Part shown: positions 9,737-20,493 of the stretch, piece after piece | Position numbering within the stretch: position 1 is the stretch's first letter | How the letters are laid out: each line of letters begins with the position of its first letter | From: a bacterium | Lineage (GTDB): Bacteria; Zhuqueibacterota; Zhuqueibacteria; Residuimicrobiales; Krinioviventaceae | Length of the DNA stretch: 64,000 bases | Assembly (NCBI GenBank): GCA_963675755.2 | Contig: CAXXMD010000003.1 | Location: 64,001-128,000, forward strand | Reading direction: 5' to 3' | Program-made: the position numbers and the translations under genes | The notes under the pieces: generated by a model | What the model was told of the DNA's origin: nothing | The model's database searches: none | What the model saw: the letters and a program-made list of their open reading frames with translations, nothing else

Positions 9737-12700
9737 TTATCTTGCAAGCACCATCTTTTTAACCGATTCAAAACTATCAGTAGTTAAACGATAGAAATAG
9801 ATACCATTCCCCACACTATGCCCCATTGCATCCGTACCATCCCATTGAACCGAATAATATCCCGCAGACTGTTCTCTGTCAATCAGGCGAATCACATGCT
9901 GTCCCAGGACATTATACACATCCAGATTTACATGGGTATTTTCCGTAATGGAATATTCAATCCGTGTCTGCGGATTAAATGGATTGGGAAAATTCTGCAA
10001 CAGTTTAAATGACTCTGGCAATTGAGCGGATTGAGTATTAGAAATACCCGGCATTGGCGGTGTTTCACCCCATGTTTGCGCAAAAGATTTTCTTAAAACC
10101 GAGGGTTTGAACCATTCGTTTTCACCGGAAGATGATTGTGTTGAAATGGTTATCTCGCAGTGTTCCTGTACCGCAAACCAATACGCCTTGCCAGGTTCTA
10201 TAACATCTGTAAAAGTATAAGCAAAACGGACAGGGTCCCAGGCCCAAATATCTGCAACTGCGCCTGCCGGTTCTACTTGAATTTGAGAAACCGGGACCGG
10301 CTCTGAAACAGACCCCAGCAAATTCCATCCCGTCTCACACTGAATCGAATATGTGTGAATGGGTACTCCCGGGACAATTAGTGAACCTGCTTGCTCCGGT
10401 TTTACCCAGAATCCACTGATACTGTCAGTTTTATCGTCTTTAACAAATAATAAATTTTCAGTGTCCAACGTCAACCAGTCACAAACCTGCGGAAACAATG
10501 ATTCTATATTAAAAGTCTCACAATAAAGGGGTAATGAAATCAATTGCCATTCCGGGATATTAAAATCATATTGAAATTCAATACATCCCCCACCTCCGGT
10601 TGCTCCCATATCATTCAAAAGAGATCCCAAACCAGGCAATAAAGGTGTATTATCACTAATGGGATTTGGGACATCATAGTAAACCGGTGATGGATTCCCC
10701 GCATCTATACAGGGTGAAAAGATCGATAAATGGTATACCAATGAATCCGCAAAACCAGGAGCATTGGAAATATTACCAAAGTTCCATAAAAGGTGATTAT
10801 CGGGTGGGTCCTCAAAAAGTATCCAATCCTCTGTTGTATCTATACAACTGTAATTTAATTCAATCTCGTTAGCAACCGTACCCCTGTCCATAAAAAAATT
10901 ATGCCCGTAACGCCCCTCACTGTTACCAACAATACAGTTCATCAATGACAACCGGGTATTTGAATCCAGATACACATTCCCACCACTGCCAATGGTTGAA
11001 TTTTGTGTCAAAGTCACATTTACCAAAATCGGAGCTGAACCATTGTGCATGGAAACCGCACCACCGTCATAACGGCCAAAATTTCTGGCAATCAATACCT
11101 GATGCATCTGTGGAGAGGATGCATCCAGATAAAAGGCACCACCGTATCGAGCTGTATTACTCACAAACTGGCTTGACCGAATCTCCGGCATGGATTGCTC
11201 ACAATACATGGCACCACCATATTGACCTGCATTATTATGAAATTTACAATTCATAATAAACGGAAATGATTTATCAAGATACAGAGCACCAGCCCGGGCA
11301 CGATCCGTATTACTCTCTCCATTAACATCACGGACTGAGCAGTATATCAGCGAATCATCACTACCACTCTCTACAAAGCTCATACCACCCCACGTGCTAT
11401 TGCTGTCTATTGCACAAAAATGTACAGAATCTGTTACAGTACCTTTACTTATCAGCCGGGCATTTTTTCCAATGGTGAACGTATAATCTCCGGTAAATTC
11501 AACGCGGACTCCGGCCTCAATTTCAAGGGTATGCATGGCAGGTATCGCTATATCCGAATAGATGCGATATGGCTGCCCCGCAGCTATCCAGTTACCCCAA
11601 ACCCATGCAGTATCAACAACCGTTCCTTTTTGTACGTTTGCTAAAAGTGTAACCGACTTGAATCCATCATTCATTTGGACAGAAAGTGTATCCATATATT
11701 TTTGATTATAGGTACTGTTGGTTTCAAAACCAATTAACAGGCTGTCTATTTCACCCGAAACAAGTGTATTTGCAGACAGATCAGATAAAATTGTAAAATA
11801 TGTTGAATCAGCCAGATGGATTGAACCGATTTCTATCGTTTGATTTGAGCCATTTTTTATATACATCCAGGCTTGTTCAAGCTTGAAAGGATCTACTAAT
11901 CCCAGATCCAATGGATCAGGAACCAATGCCAACGCAACGCCTGTGCTTGGCGCAGCAAGTGCAGTTCCGCCAAAAGCTCCCATATTTATGCGAAAGCCAT
12001 GCGGGAACGGTTCGTCCCCCACGTCATCATTGGGGTCTCCTGCATCAATACCGGGAGAATTCTCTTCAAGCCTGAAATCATTTCCCAATGCATCCACAAA
12101 TCCGGGTGCATCAAACAGTAAATCCATGTTCTCAACTCTGCTGTCATCAAGCGCCCAGTCATTTGCCAAAGTATCCAATAAAGTATATCGCAATTTCACA
12201 CGATTATCATTGTTCATCCACAATCCTGTACCCGTGTCCGCAGAATTATTATTAATAATAGAATTTTTAATAAAAACAGCGTTTCCCCCACTGAGACTCA
12301 ACAACCCCCTGACAGAACATGAATTGCCATAGATTGTACAATTGACAAGATTTAAAGATGCTCCGGTTTGCAAATCTGCAATCGCGCCATAATACGCATC
12401 ATTATTAACAATCAAACAGTTTTTCAATATCGGGGCTGATTCTTGTCCGCTGACATATAACGTACCAATATCGCCGCTGTTGTTCGCAATTAAGCTTTTT
12501 TCAATCGTTGCATGTGATGCGTTAAATGCTACAGCACCGCCATATATCGCTAAATTGTTCTCAAGCCTTGAATGAGAGATATAGGGATGTGAACCATTTA
12601 TATTCAGTGCGCCACCTTTGTTTATTGTTTCAGATTCTGACCTGCCATCCTGAATAACGCAATAACGCAGCGAATCATCATCACCACTGTCATTAAATGT

Positions 12701-14479
12701 TATACCATACCAGCCATTATCAGCATTATCAGCCCTAAACCGTACCGAATCATTTTCTGAACCGTTCACCAAAAGTTGAGCATTCTCTCCCACCTCAAAA
12801 TAAAAAGGCTCCATAAAAACCACATCAACACCCGGCTCAATAGTCAAAACAGAATTGGGTTCAACTGCAACTGACTGAAAAATATAATACGGAGAACCAT
12901 TTTGCGTCCATGTACCCTGTACCTGCCCATTGTTTACAACTGTGCCTTGCCCCGGTACTCCATATCCTACCAGAGATACCTGCTGCCAGCGGTGTTGATT
13001 AGAATACTCGATCATCAAGCTGCCATCAAACCGACCGACACTGTCCGGAATACATCTCACCCAAACTGAAAAACTGGTTTTGGGCATCAAAACCTTACCT
13101 AAAATCGGTTTTATAAAGGCACTGTCAAATGCAACTTCAAAGTTGGGACTGGGAACAATCTGTCCTACATACAACATTTGCTCACTATTATTATATAATG
13201 TAATTTCAAATGCTTCTGACGTTTCATTTACTCTTGCAGGGTCAATATAGGCAACGCTGTCAGATAAAGCCACGGGAGACACCCATTCATCACCAACCCG
13301 TATATCTACTGTTCCCTTTTGCACCACATTATATCCGGCTCCCATATATTCCGGAATATGATACCACATATCCGTTATGGCATCCGGTTGGGTTGCACCC
13401 CAGCCAAAATTAACATGAAAAAATCCGTTTAAATTGTAACCATCCACCAAAATAGAGTGCCCGGCCACCGGAATGGATTGATTTATTGACAAATGCGCAG
13501 GAAGGGCATTCATCATATTTTCTTTCAAGCGCTGGAATAGCTTTTCATCAGGTTCCATATATTCCGCGCTCGCATAACCAAAACGTTGTTGCAAGATACG
13601 CGGCATAATCCCTGAAAATGTGCCCGAGTTTCCTGAAGCAAAATCCATAAACAATAATTCTGCACTCACTGCACTCAATGCTGAAATTTCGTCATTATCC
13701 AGCGCCTGATCAGATAACCAGGCTTGTCTGATTCGATCCAAATACCCGTTCAATGTCTGTAAAGAAGGAAAATCCAGTTCCAGACTGTCCTGATCAATAG
13801 CAATACCTCGGGTATCGGTTACATAACGATCATCGCGCCCCAGGGTTACCTCACCAATATGCTGATGATAATTCAATATCTGAGATAAAACAACACCCAC
13901 ACAACCAACGGGTGTACGCTGTAATGTTATAGGATCAAGTGGACAAAATCGGTTATACGGGGCACCCTGCTGCCAGGTGGTACTCACCCAGCCGCCGGTA
14001 ACTGAAGTTCCGGCTTCAGGCCATTGCAGAACCGCGGAATCATCTATCGCTCCTGGACCTAACAGATTTCTCCATAGCTGGTGATTTTGAGATATAATGA
14101 CAGGTGCAAGTAATGATCTGTTTTGCAAACGCATTTCCAGATCATATTGCATGAATCGATGTACATCGTTAGAAGAAAAATCAACAGGCGGGGTCTGTCT
14201 GAAATAAGCAATTACAGGTGGAAGATCCGTATTGTTAGATAAAATAGCAAACCCAGCGTCAGCAAAATCGGCAATATACCCAACATCATCAAATGTTGAT
14301 ATTTTTTGCAGGGCAATACTTTTTTTCAACTCGCGGGATTGGAGGGTAGAAACAGCAATATTCTTTTTATAAAACTGCACCGCAGCAGAACCGGCTTGCT
14401 CTATACTAACCGGTTCTGACATGATGGTACCTGACATGCTCAATACAAGGATAAAAAATATGTTAAATAATCGACTCAT
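9737..14479 (-). CDS. Secreted C10 (streptopain-family) cysteine protease with Ig-like and two beta-helix modules and a C-terminal sorting domain
   Basis: Signal peptide, propeptide-like region, WQQGAPYN, PVGCV (Cys), AGHSILVDGY (His), FHVNFGWG; GGA.Y/N.A..GGA beta-helix repeats; LLQNFPNPFNPQT...KKMVLAR. Confidence 0.85.
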   Translation of the reverse strand: MSRLFNIFFILVLSMSGTIMSEPVSIEQAGSAAVQFYKKNIAVSTLQSRELKKSIALQKISTFDDVGYIADFADAGFAILSNNTDLPPVIAYFRQTPPVDFSSNDVHRFMQYDLEMRLQNRSLLAPVIISQNHQLWRNLLGPGAIDDSAVLQWPEAGTSVTGGWVSTTWQQGAPYNRFCPLDPITLQRTPVGCVGVVLSQILNYHQHIGEVTLGRDDRYVTDTRGIAIDQDSLELDFPSLQTLNGYLDRIRQAWLSDQALDNDEISALSAVSAELLFMDFASGNSGTFSGIMPRILQQRFGYASAEYMEPDEKLFQRLKENMMNALPAHLSINQSIPVAGHSILVDGYNLNGFFHVNFGWGATQPDAITDMWYHIPEYMGAGYNVVQKGTVDIRVGDEWVSPVALSDSVAYIDPARVNETSEAFEITLYNNSEQMLYVGQIVPSPNFEVAFDSAFIKPILGKVLMPKTSFSVWVRCIPDSVGRFDGSLMIEYSNQHRWQQVSLVGYGVPGQGTVVNNGQVQGTWTQNGSPYYIFQSVAVEPNSVLTIEPGVDVVFMEPFYFEVGENAQLLVNGSENDSVRFRADNADNGWYGITFNDSGDDDSLRYCVIQDGRSESETINKGGALNINGSHPYISHSRLENNLAIYGGAVAFNASHATIEKSLIANNSGDIGTLYVSGQESAPILKNCLIVNNDAYYGAIADLQTGASLNLVNCTIYGNSCSVRGLLSLSGGNAVFIKNSIINNNSADTGTGLWMNNDNRVKLRYTLLDTLANDWALDDSRVENMDLLFDAPGFVDALGNDFRLEENSPGIDAGDPNDDVGDEPFPHGFRINMGAFGGTALAAPSTGVALALVPDPLDLGLVDPFKLEQAWMYIKNGSNQTIEIGSIHLADSTYFTILSDLSANTLVSGEIDSLLIGFETNSTYNQKYMDTLSVQMNDGFKSVTLLANVQKGTVVDTAWVWGNWIAAGQPYRIYSDIAIPAMHTLEIEAGVRVEFTGDYTFTIGKNARLISKGTVTDSVHFCAIDSNSTWGGMSFVESGSDDSLIYCSVRDVNGESNTDRARAGALYLDKSFPFIMNCKFHNNAGQYGGAMYCEQSMPEIRSSQFVSNTARYGGAFYLDASSPQMHQVLIARNFGRYDGGAVSMHNGSAPILVNVTLTQNSTIGSGGNVYLDSNTRLSLMNCIVGNSEGRYGHNFFMDRGTVANEIELNYSCIDTTEDWILFEDPPDNHLLWNFGNISNAPGFADSLVYHLSIFSPCIDAGNPSPVYYDVPNPISDNTPLLPGLGSLLNDMGATGGGGCIEFQYDFNIPEWQLISLPLYCETFNIESLFPQVCDWLTLDTENLLFVKDDKTDSISGFWVKPEQAGSLIVPGVPIHTYSIQCETGWNLLGSVSEPVPVSQIQVEPAGAVADIWAWDPVRFAYTFTDVIEPGKAYWFAVQEHCEITISTQSSSGENEWFKPSVLRKSFAQTWGETPPMPGISNTQSAQLPESFKLLQNFPNPFNPQTRIEYSITENTHVNLDVYNVLGQHVIRLIDREQSAGYYSVQWDGTDAMGHSVGNGIYFYRLTTDSFESVKKMVLAR

Positions 14480-14547
14480 TTTGCTTCAAAATGTTTATAT
14501 CAATATACTATACAAAAGCTGACAGAATCTGCAAACAATATATTTAG

Positions 14548-15069
14548 CTATCCCCTGATTTCTACAATCTCACCAAAGTAAACGCGATGATAATCTTTTT
14601 TCGGATACAATTTATCAATATCAGAAGCAACAAACTGAGATGGTTCAAAATCGGCTTTATACATGGTTACGCATTCAATAACCATACTGGCCTCATTAAA
14701 ACAAGGGGCCTTGATTCTTGAAGATGCGACGGGGGTTAAACCGGCTTCTTTAATTTTATCACAATCTTTGCCGGAACGACTCCCCAAAATTTGTAATGCT
14801 TTGCGGTAATCTGTATTGAATGCATTCAGAGTAAAAGACTCGTATTTTTCCAGAAATTCCATCGTATAGCGAGTTGGTCTGACTACAATCTGAGCAAAAG
14901 GCTTGTGCCACATGGTACCAAAACTGCCCCATGCAACAGTCATGGCATTAAATTCATTTTTTTCAAAATCACCTGCTACCAGGGCATACCACTGGTTTGC
15001 CCACGCATCGTGGGGTTTTACTTGAAACGATTCTACAGGTATAGTTTTCAAAGACATAAACGCTCCCAT
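14548..15069 (-). CDS. Flavin reductase family protein (flavoredoxin-like)
   Basis: NAMTVAWG, VRPTRYT, G.RSG.D.DK, DYHRVYFGEI. Confidence 0.88.
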   Translation of the reverse strand: MGAFMSLKTIPVESFQVKPHDAWANQWYALVAGDFEKNEFNAMTVAWGSFGTMWHKPFAQIVVRPTRYTMEFLEKYESFTLNAFNTDYRKALQILGSRSGKDCDKIKEAGLTPVASSRIKAPCFNEASMVIECVTMYKADFEPSQFVASDIDKLYPKKDYHRVYFGEIVEIRG

Positions 15070-15072
15070 TAA

Positions 15073-15345
15073 TCAGGATTTGGACGAATTATCACCTCGA
15101 ACCAGGTGCAATATCCACACAAATAAAGCAGAACCAATAATTGACCATACAATGGGAATGCGATAAAAATAGAAAAAATCACGTATTCCCAGTTCTCTAC
15201 TCAACCAGGTTCCAATAATCGCGCCAATAAAGCCCAGCGCAATATTGGTAATACATCCATTACGGTTCACACCGGCAATTGCACTACCGATGGAGCCGCA
15301 AACAGATGCTACGAATAATAATATCAAGAAACCAAACAAAGTCAT
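15073..15345 (-). CDS. GlsB/YeaQ/YmgE (transglycosylase-associated) membrane protein
   Basis: Three hydrophobic helices, NIALGFIGA.IG.WL, SIIGS.L. Confidence 0.85.
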   Translation of the reverse strand: MTLFGFLILLFVASVCGSIGSAIAGVNRNGCITNIALGFIGAIIGTWLSRELGIRDFFYFYRIPIVWSIIGSALFVWILHLVRGDNSSKS

Positions 15346-15361
15346 ATTGAATCCACCCGGT

Positions 15362-16078
15362 TTAATTATTCCCTTTTTTGGCAGTCAAAATCGCAATATT
15401 CAAAAACCGCCAGGGCATCTCAATTTCTTCAAAGCCGGCACTCTTTAGCCATTCAATTTTCTCTTCAATTTCACAAACATAATGCTGCTGCCTGAGAATA
15501 TTAGATTCGGTCAGGCTTTCAATCTGTTCTTTGCTTACTTTGCCCTGAACCATGGCATTTTGAATTATATTTACTTCAATATCATGAAAAACGCGGTTGA
15601 TGCGGTTGTTTTCTGTTGAAAAAAATTCACAGGATATCCAGCGTCCATCTGTATCCAGTTCCTCAATAGCTTCGCTAATCAAATCACGATGTCGATCTGT
15701 TTCCAGATAATCCAGTGTAAACGAAGACATAACCGCATGCAGGGGCCCCAAATTACTACACCATTGGGGATCATTCAAATCTTTATGCATGGGTATAAAT
15801 TGTCCTTTAAAGTCTTGAAGATTCGCTAGCGCTCTGTCCAAAATCTCTGTGCGGTTATCCAGTCCCATAATTACAGCTTCAGGGAAAAACTCAAAAATAC
15901 GCCGGGAGAGTTCGCCAAATCCACAACCCAGTTCCGCAACCCGAATTCTCTCCTCTCGGGGGAAATCCAGCATGGAAACCATAATATCATGGGCTTCACG
16001 AAATTTAGGGATTACAAACTCGTACAACGATTCCAGCAAATCAATTTCTTCTAATTGTGTTTGTTTTTTGTCATTCAT
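15362..16078 (-). CDS. Class I SAM-dependent methyltransferase
   Basis: ELGCGFG motif I, GLD motif II, WLKSAGF; overlaps upstream stop (ATGA). Confidence 0.85.
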   Translation of the reverse strand: MNDKKQTQLEEIDLLESLYEFVIPKFREAHDIMVSMLDFPREERIRVAELGCGFGELSRRIFEFFPEAVIMGLDNRTEILDRALANLQDFKGQFIPMHKDLNDPQWCSNLGPLHAVMSSFTLDYLETDRHRDLISEAIEELDTDGRWISCEFFSTENNRINRVFHDIEVNIIQNAMVQGKVSKEQIESLTESNILRQQHYVCEIEEKIEWLKSAGFEEIEMPWRFLNIAILTAKKGNN

Positions 16079-18369
16079 TTTAACTCGAAATATATTTTAC
16101 GTGAAAAATTTTCGAGACCCGGCTGAACCCGTGTTTGCACTGTAAGTTCATAGAGTCCCGGCTCATTATTTGCGAGATCCAAAGCAATATATTCAGCAGA
16201 GAATTCATTCTGTGAATATCTTTCAACCGTATTGGTTGTCATTGGCATAGCCTTGGAAAACATTTCTGTGATTCTGGTGAAAAAATTCTTTTTTGCGCGG
16301 TCCAACAATTTTATATGATAATCAATCTGATAATTAACTGCATGTTGATTATTCAAAGGTAAATTATAAATCTCAAAATAAACGTTCAAAAAGTCGCCTC
16401 TGTCGAATTTCAATTCAGGATTAGGAAGTATGTACAATCCTTTGCGAAAATGGCTATGATCAAAACGATTTTCCGAAATGCTGTCAGCAAGCAGCAGCGA
16501 ACTCATACTTAACGCGTTTCCACCGTAGGAAGATACACCAGAGTTGAATTTAATAGAGCCCAACCTGTCCGTATCTTCAACAACAACCGAAATTCCGGCC
16601 TTGTAACTGCCTCCGGGCACATTGAACGAAAACATGTCTTGCCATGCTCCAAGTTGTTCAGAAACGGCTTTGATCTCTTTGGCGGTTACTATTTTCTCCC
16701 CTGAAGCAACCTGGTCCCACCGATTTGTATACAAACCACAATTAATTACGACTTTATGCTCAGCATTGTATTCGTTTTCTTTCCAGATATCGCCGGGTTT
16801 TAAAGAATAATAGACTTCAAAATCCGTTTTATCCAGACTGTCTCTGAATGTTGAAGCATAAAACGGCATATTTATGGAAAGTATATCTTTATCCCATGAA
16901 TGCCTGTCAGAATTTAATCCCTCATATACATAATCAATGCTTTGTTTGGCAAGTTCATTTTGTAAACGCATCTGGTCCGCTTGCGAGTCAGATGTATACA
17001 TGTATGAAAAGATGGGGTCCCAATGCAGTCTGCTGCCAACCAGCTCCAAAGGGATTGTAGGTACAAGTCGCCAGTTATTACCCGCGGCATTTTTATCGAT
17101 CACAAAATGAAACATTAACTTTTTTTGAAATTGGTTTTCCGTATACAGCCAGGACTCATTCTGTTCCAATGCTCTTACATTCGCCTGCTGGGGTACAGGA
17201 CCATCAATGCCATGCATCTCGACTGCCTGCTCATCCGGATTACCATGACGAATAAAAATCAAACCTTTATCATTATATTTGTTATTGAGAGAAAAAACAA
17301 CCGGGAATTCCAGATATTTCAACTTGTCCGGATTATTCAATGTAGTTCGAAATCCTTCAAAACGAAAATATTTATCAGCAAACAGCTTGCGACGGACATG
17401 TTCCTGAATTCTAAAATTTCGATTATATGCAGGCAATGGGTTACGTTGGGTCCACATTCTTTTGAAAAAAGCTTTTGCGTCAGAGATGCTTTCTAAATTC
17501 AAATATTCAGCATATTCTTCATCAGACAGGATAAAACGTACATCATTAAAATACAACTCGGCATCTATCGCGCTCTTAATAGAATCAATCGCTTCCATAT
17601 AGTATGCCTCGCAGGCGGCATAATCTTCCTGCCTGTATTTCAAGCGGGACAATGAAAGATAGGCGGGTATTTTTGAAACAGACAAATCCGGACTTTTTAC
17701 AAATAATTGCAAAAGAGAATCTGACTTGCTATAGTTTTCAAAATGATTATAATAATCTGCTAAAAATATAGTATTTCGTTCATTATTATAATGCGCAATC
17801 CAGTCTTTTATCTTAATCTCGTTTCCGGAATACAAAAATGATTCAAAATATTCATACAATGCAATAATTGCCTTGCTGTCTTGATTTTGCAGATCAACTT
17901 GCTGTTGTACAGTGTTCAGAGCAAGCTCGTATTTTTTTTGATAAAAATATAGAATTGACAATTGATAATAGACATCTTTATAAGTGGGTGCCAGTGATAT
18001 TGTAGATAAAAAATATTCTTCTGAACGGTTCCAATCCTGTTGTCGAAAGACCATTGCATGCACTTTACCGGACTCCCGATAACCCAAGGCAAGATAATAG
18101 TGAACAACAAAATCTTTCGGGTCAAGCTCAAGGGCCGCTTCCATCCAGTCGATTGACTGCCCCCAATCATCGCGCTCAGCTTCTATTTGACCAATCATTT
18201 TAACAATATCAATATTTCCGGGATCCTGTTCATGCGCAAGCGTTAATTGCTGAACTGCTTCATCAAGTTCACCCGCTCTGAACATTTGAATACCCTGGTC
18301 ATAATAATCCTGACCAAAGATATTGACATGTATTAAAAATAGTATTATAATGTATTTATATCTTGACAT
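16075..18369 (-). CDS. TPR + GWxTD-domain exported protein
   Basis: Signal peptide, N-terminal TPR-like helices, FFKRMW..RNP.P...N.R..EH.RR..FA...F and NDKG.IFIRHG.PD pattern, C-terminal MSSLLLA...PNP...VYFEIYNL domain. Confidence 0.75.
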   Translation of the reverse strand: MSRYKYIIILFLIHVNIFGQDYYDQGIQMFRAGELDEAVQQLTLAHEQDPGNIDIVKMIGQIEAERDDWGQSIDWMEAALELDPKDFVVHYYLALGYRESGKVHAMVFRQQDWNRSEEYFLSTISLAPTYKDVYYQLSILYFYQKKYELALNTVQQQVDLQNQDSKAIIALYEYFESFLYSGNEIKIKDWIAHYNNERNTIFLADYYNHFENYSKSDSLLQLFVKSPDLSVSKIPAYLSLSRLKYRQEDYAACEAYYMEAIDSIKSAIDAELYFNDVRFILSDEEYAEYLNLESISDAKAFFKRMWTQRNPLPAYNRNFRIQEHVRRKLFADKYFRFEGFRTTLNNPDKLKYLEFPVVFSLNNKYNDKGLIFIRHGNPDEQAVEMHGIDGPVPQQANVRALEQNESWLYTENQFQKKLMFHFVIDKNAAGNNWRLVPTIPLELVGSRLHWDPIFSYMYTSDSQADQMRLQNELAKQSIDYVYEGLNSDRHSWDKDILSINMPFYASTFRDSLDKTDFEVYYSLKPGDIWKENEYNAEHKVVINCGLYTNRWDQVASGEKIVTAKEIKAVSEQLGAWQDMFSFNVPGGSYKAGISVVVEDTDRLGSIKFNSGVSSYGGNALSMSSLLLADSISENRFDHSHFRKGLYILPNPELKFDRGDFLNVYFEIYNLPLNNQHAVNYQIDYHIKLLDRAKKNFFTRITEMFSKAMPMTTNTVERYSQNEFSAEYIALDLANNEPGLYELTVQTRVQPGLENFSRKIYFELK

Positions 18370-18513
18370 CTATCTATATTAGTTTATATTTCTTTTTAAT
18401 TATATAAAAAAATTATACAAATTACAAGCGACAATAAAGTTTGTAAAATTTTCAGGAATAAATTACCACCCAACTATTATTATAGTCTTAAAAATTATAC
18501 TGGAGCAAAAAAA

Positions 18514-19137
18514 ATGGAACTACAACAAGCAATTGAAACACGGGCAAGCGTAAGAAAATTTACGGATAAAGCAGTTCCTGTAAACGATTTAAAAGAAATG
18601 GTGCGCCGCGCAGGACTTGCACCCAGTATAAATAATTCGCAGCCCTGGAAATTTTATGCAATTACCGATCAAAACATTCTAAAAGCAATGGCCAACAAAG
18701 TACAGTTAAAAATTGATGAACTGTTCCCGGATGTTGTTGAAGACTCTAATGTAAAATCAACTGTAAACTTTTTTTCAACAGTTTTTGTTAAAGCTCCGGC
18801 TGTAATTGCCGTTGCCATTGAACCGTATAAAAGCGTTTCTGACAAGCTCTTGAATCATTCTGATCTGACGCACGATGATATGAATGCGTTAAGGAATTTC
18901 CCCGACATTCAAAGTATTGGTGCAAGCATTCAAAATCTCATACTTTCAGCTGTTGACTTGGGATATGGCGCATGCTGGCTGAGTGGTATGCTGGTTGCCA
19001 GAGAAGAGCTTGAAGAAATATTAAAAATTGATAAACCATATCGACTGGTAACATTTGTAGCCGTAGGCCACCCCGAAGGAGTTACAAAACCCAAGGCTAA
19101 AAAAGACGTTGATGAGATATTCTCGGTTATTGAATAA
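18514..19137 (+). CDS. Nitroreductase family protein
   Basis: R.SVRKF, APS..NSQPW.F, QNL.L.A..LGYG.CW. Confidence 0.9.
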   Translation: MELQQAIETRASVRKFTDKAVPVNDLKEMVRRAGLAPSINNSQPWKFYAITDQNILKAMANKVQLKIDELFPDVVEDSNVKSTVNFFSTVFVKAPAVIAVAIEPYKSVSDKLLNHSDLTHDDMNALRNFPDIQSIGASIQNLILSAVDLGYGACWLSGMLVAREELEEILKIDKPYRLVTFVAVGHPEGVTKPKAKKDVDEIFSVIE

Positions 19138-19142
19138 ACCGC

Positions 19143-20402
19143 TCAATCCGTTTTTTGGGGGTGCTTTAAACGCAATTCAATGATTTGGGGTCGGTGGTCA
19201 GAAGCATCAAACTTGATCACTTTGGCGCTGCATACATTAAATTGATCCGAATAAAAAACATGATCTATTCTTAAAAAGTCAAACAATAAAAAGCGTGCTT
19301 TTTCAGGTACGCTTTTTACCAGACTAGAGTAACCAAATGTTCCGCCAATTCCCCAGCCTGCCTTGGCATATGCATTATTTAACGTACTTTTAAACGTTTT
19401 ATAACTTCTGCTATTAGGTGTATCATTAAAATCCCCGGCAAGAATCAACGGTGCATTGACCGGCAATACCTGCTCAGCAATCTTGGCGGCTTCTGTCAAA
19501 TGACGATTATGAGCAATGGTAACCTGTTTTTTAAATGCCTCATAATCCATTTTGCCAAAAGCAAATCGTATAAACAAATTCCCGCTATTGTACAAATGAC
19601 AGTTGAACAAATGCACATCCTGACCATAATAATCAATAATAGCGTGATTCATATTAATATGCCCGGACATGTACTGGGTTTTGATATCATAATTTTTTCT
19701 AAATTTTAATGGCAACCGGGAAAAAATTACGCCACCATTATAGGTTTCAAACTTGTCAGACCAGATTTGATGGGGATACAGGTCCATGAGTTCTTCTTTT
19801 AGCAAAACCCTATCCTGCAGGTTTATTTCCTGCAAAAATACAACATCAGGCTTTTCACGTCGAATAAAATCTATGACTGCTCTGCGTTTCTCACCGGTTT
19901 CACTTACCAATATATTATAGCTCATGAGCTTGAGCGTGTCTTTTCTGTACAATGGTTTAAAGCTGGGCAACAACTGTGAGCGGTAATGCAGCACCAACGC
20001 CAATAATACCAACGTATAAACCAGTATGTTGATCCGGATTGTCTTAAAGGTGGTTATATAGTAAACAAATAATGCAAAGAACGGGACAATCATGTAAAAC
20101 AGGTATTTAAAAAACTGTTCAGGATTGCTCACACCCAATGCCAATATGCAAAGCCCGGCAAGAAAAAATACAATTTTAATCCAGGTAAATTTGGTTACCT
20201 TGGTCAACAAGGCGGACAAATATAGTGGCAAAGTAAATGCAATTGGTATCCAGATTGTATCATTCAGCACATTGGCAATGATCTCAACTACCGGATTGAT
20301 AGAAAACACCAATGAACGGAGGGCGGGCATCCAAACCAAAAGCTCAAAACAAAAGTAACAAACCCAAATAACAGTCAAGAATATAAATAATGTCTTTTTC
20401 AC
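19143..20402 (-). CDS. Membrane-anchored endonuclease/exonuclease/phosphatase family protein (YafD-like)
   Basis: N-terminal TM helices; SYNI, DVVFLQE, ILAGDFND, RIDHVF, SDHRP. Confidence 0.85.
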   Translation of the reverse strand: MKKTLFIFLTVIWVCYFCFELLVWMPALRSLVFSINPVVEIIANVLNDTIWIPIAFTLPLYLSALLTKVTKFTWIKIVFFLAGLCILALGVSNPEQFFKYLFYMIVPFFALFVYYITTFKTIRINILVYTLVLLALVLHYRSQLLPSFKPLYRKDTLKLMSYNILVSETGEKRRAVIDFIRREKPDVVFLQEINLQDRVLLKEELMDLYPHQIWSDKFETYNGGVIFSRLPLKFRKNYDIKTQYMSGHINMNHAIIDYYGQDVHLFNCHLYNSGNLFIRFAFGKMDYEAFKKQVTIAHNRHLTEAAKIAEQVLPVNAPLILAGDFNDTPNSRSYKTFKSTLNNAYAKAGWGIGGTFGYSSLVKSVPEKARFLLFDFLRIDHVFYSDQFNVCSAKVIKFDASDHRPQIIELRLKHPQKTD

Positions 20403-20459
20403 AAATCCGCTCTATTTTTACCAAGTCATATAATTGCATTACCCGAAAAGTGCAGAAAA

Positions 20460-20487
20460 TGCCGACCACACTATGTATGATCGGCAA
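20460..20487. terminator. Stem-loop downstream of pmbA
   Basis: tgccgacca-N9-tgatcggca imperfect stem flanked by A/T runs. Confidence 0.45.
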
Positions 20488-20493
20488 TTATTT

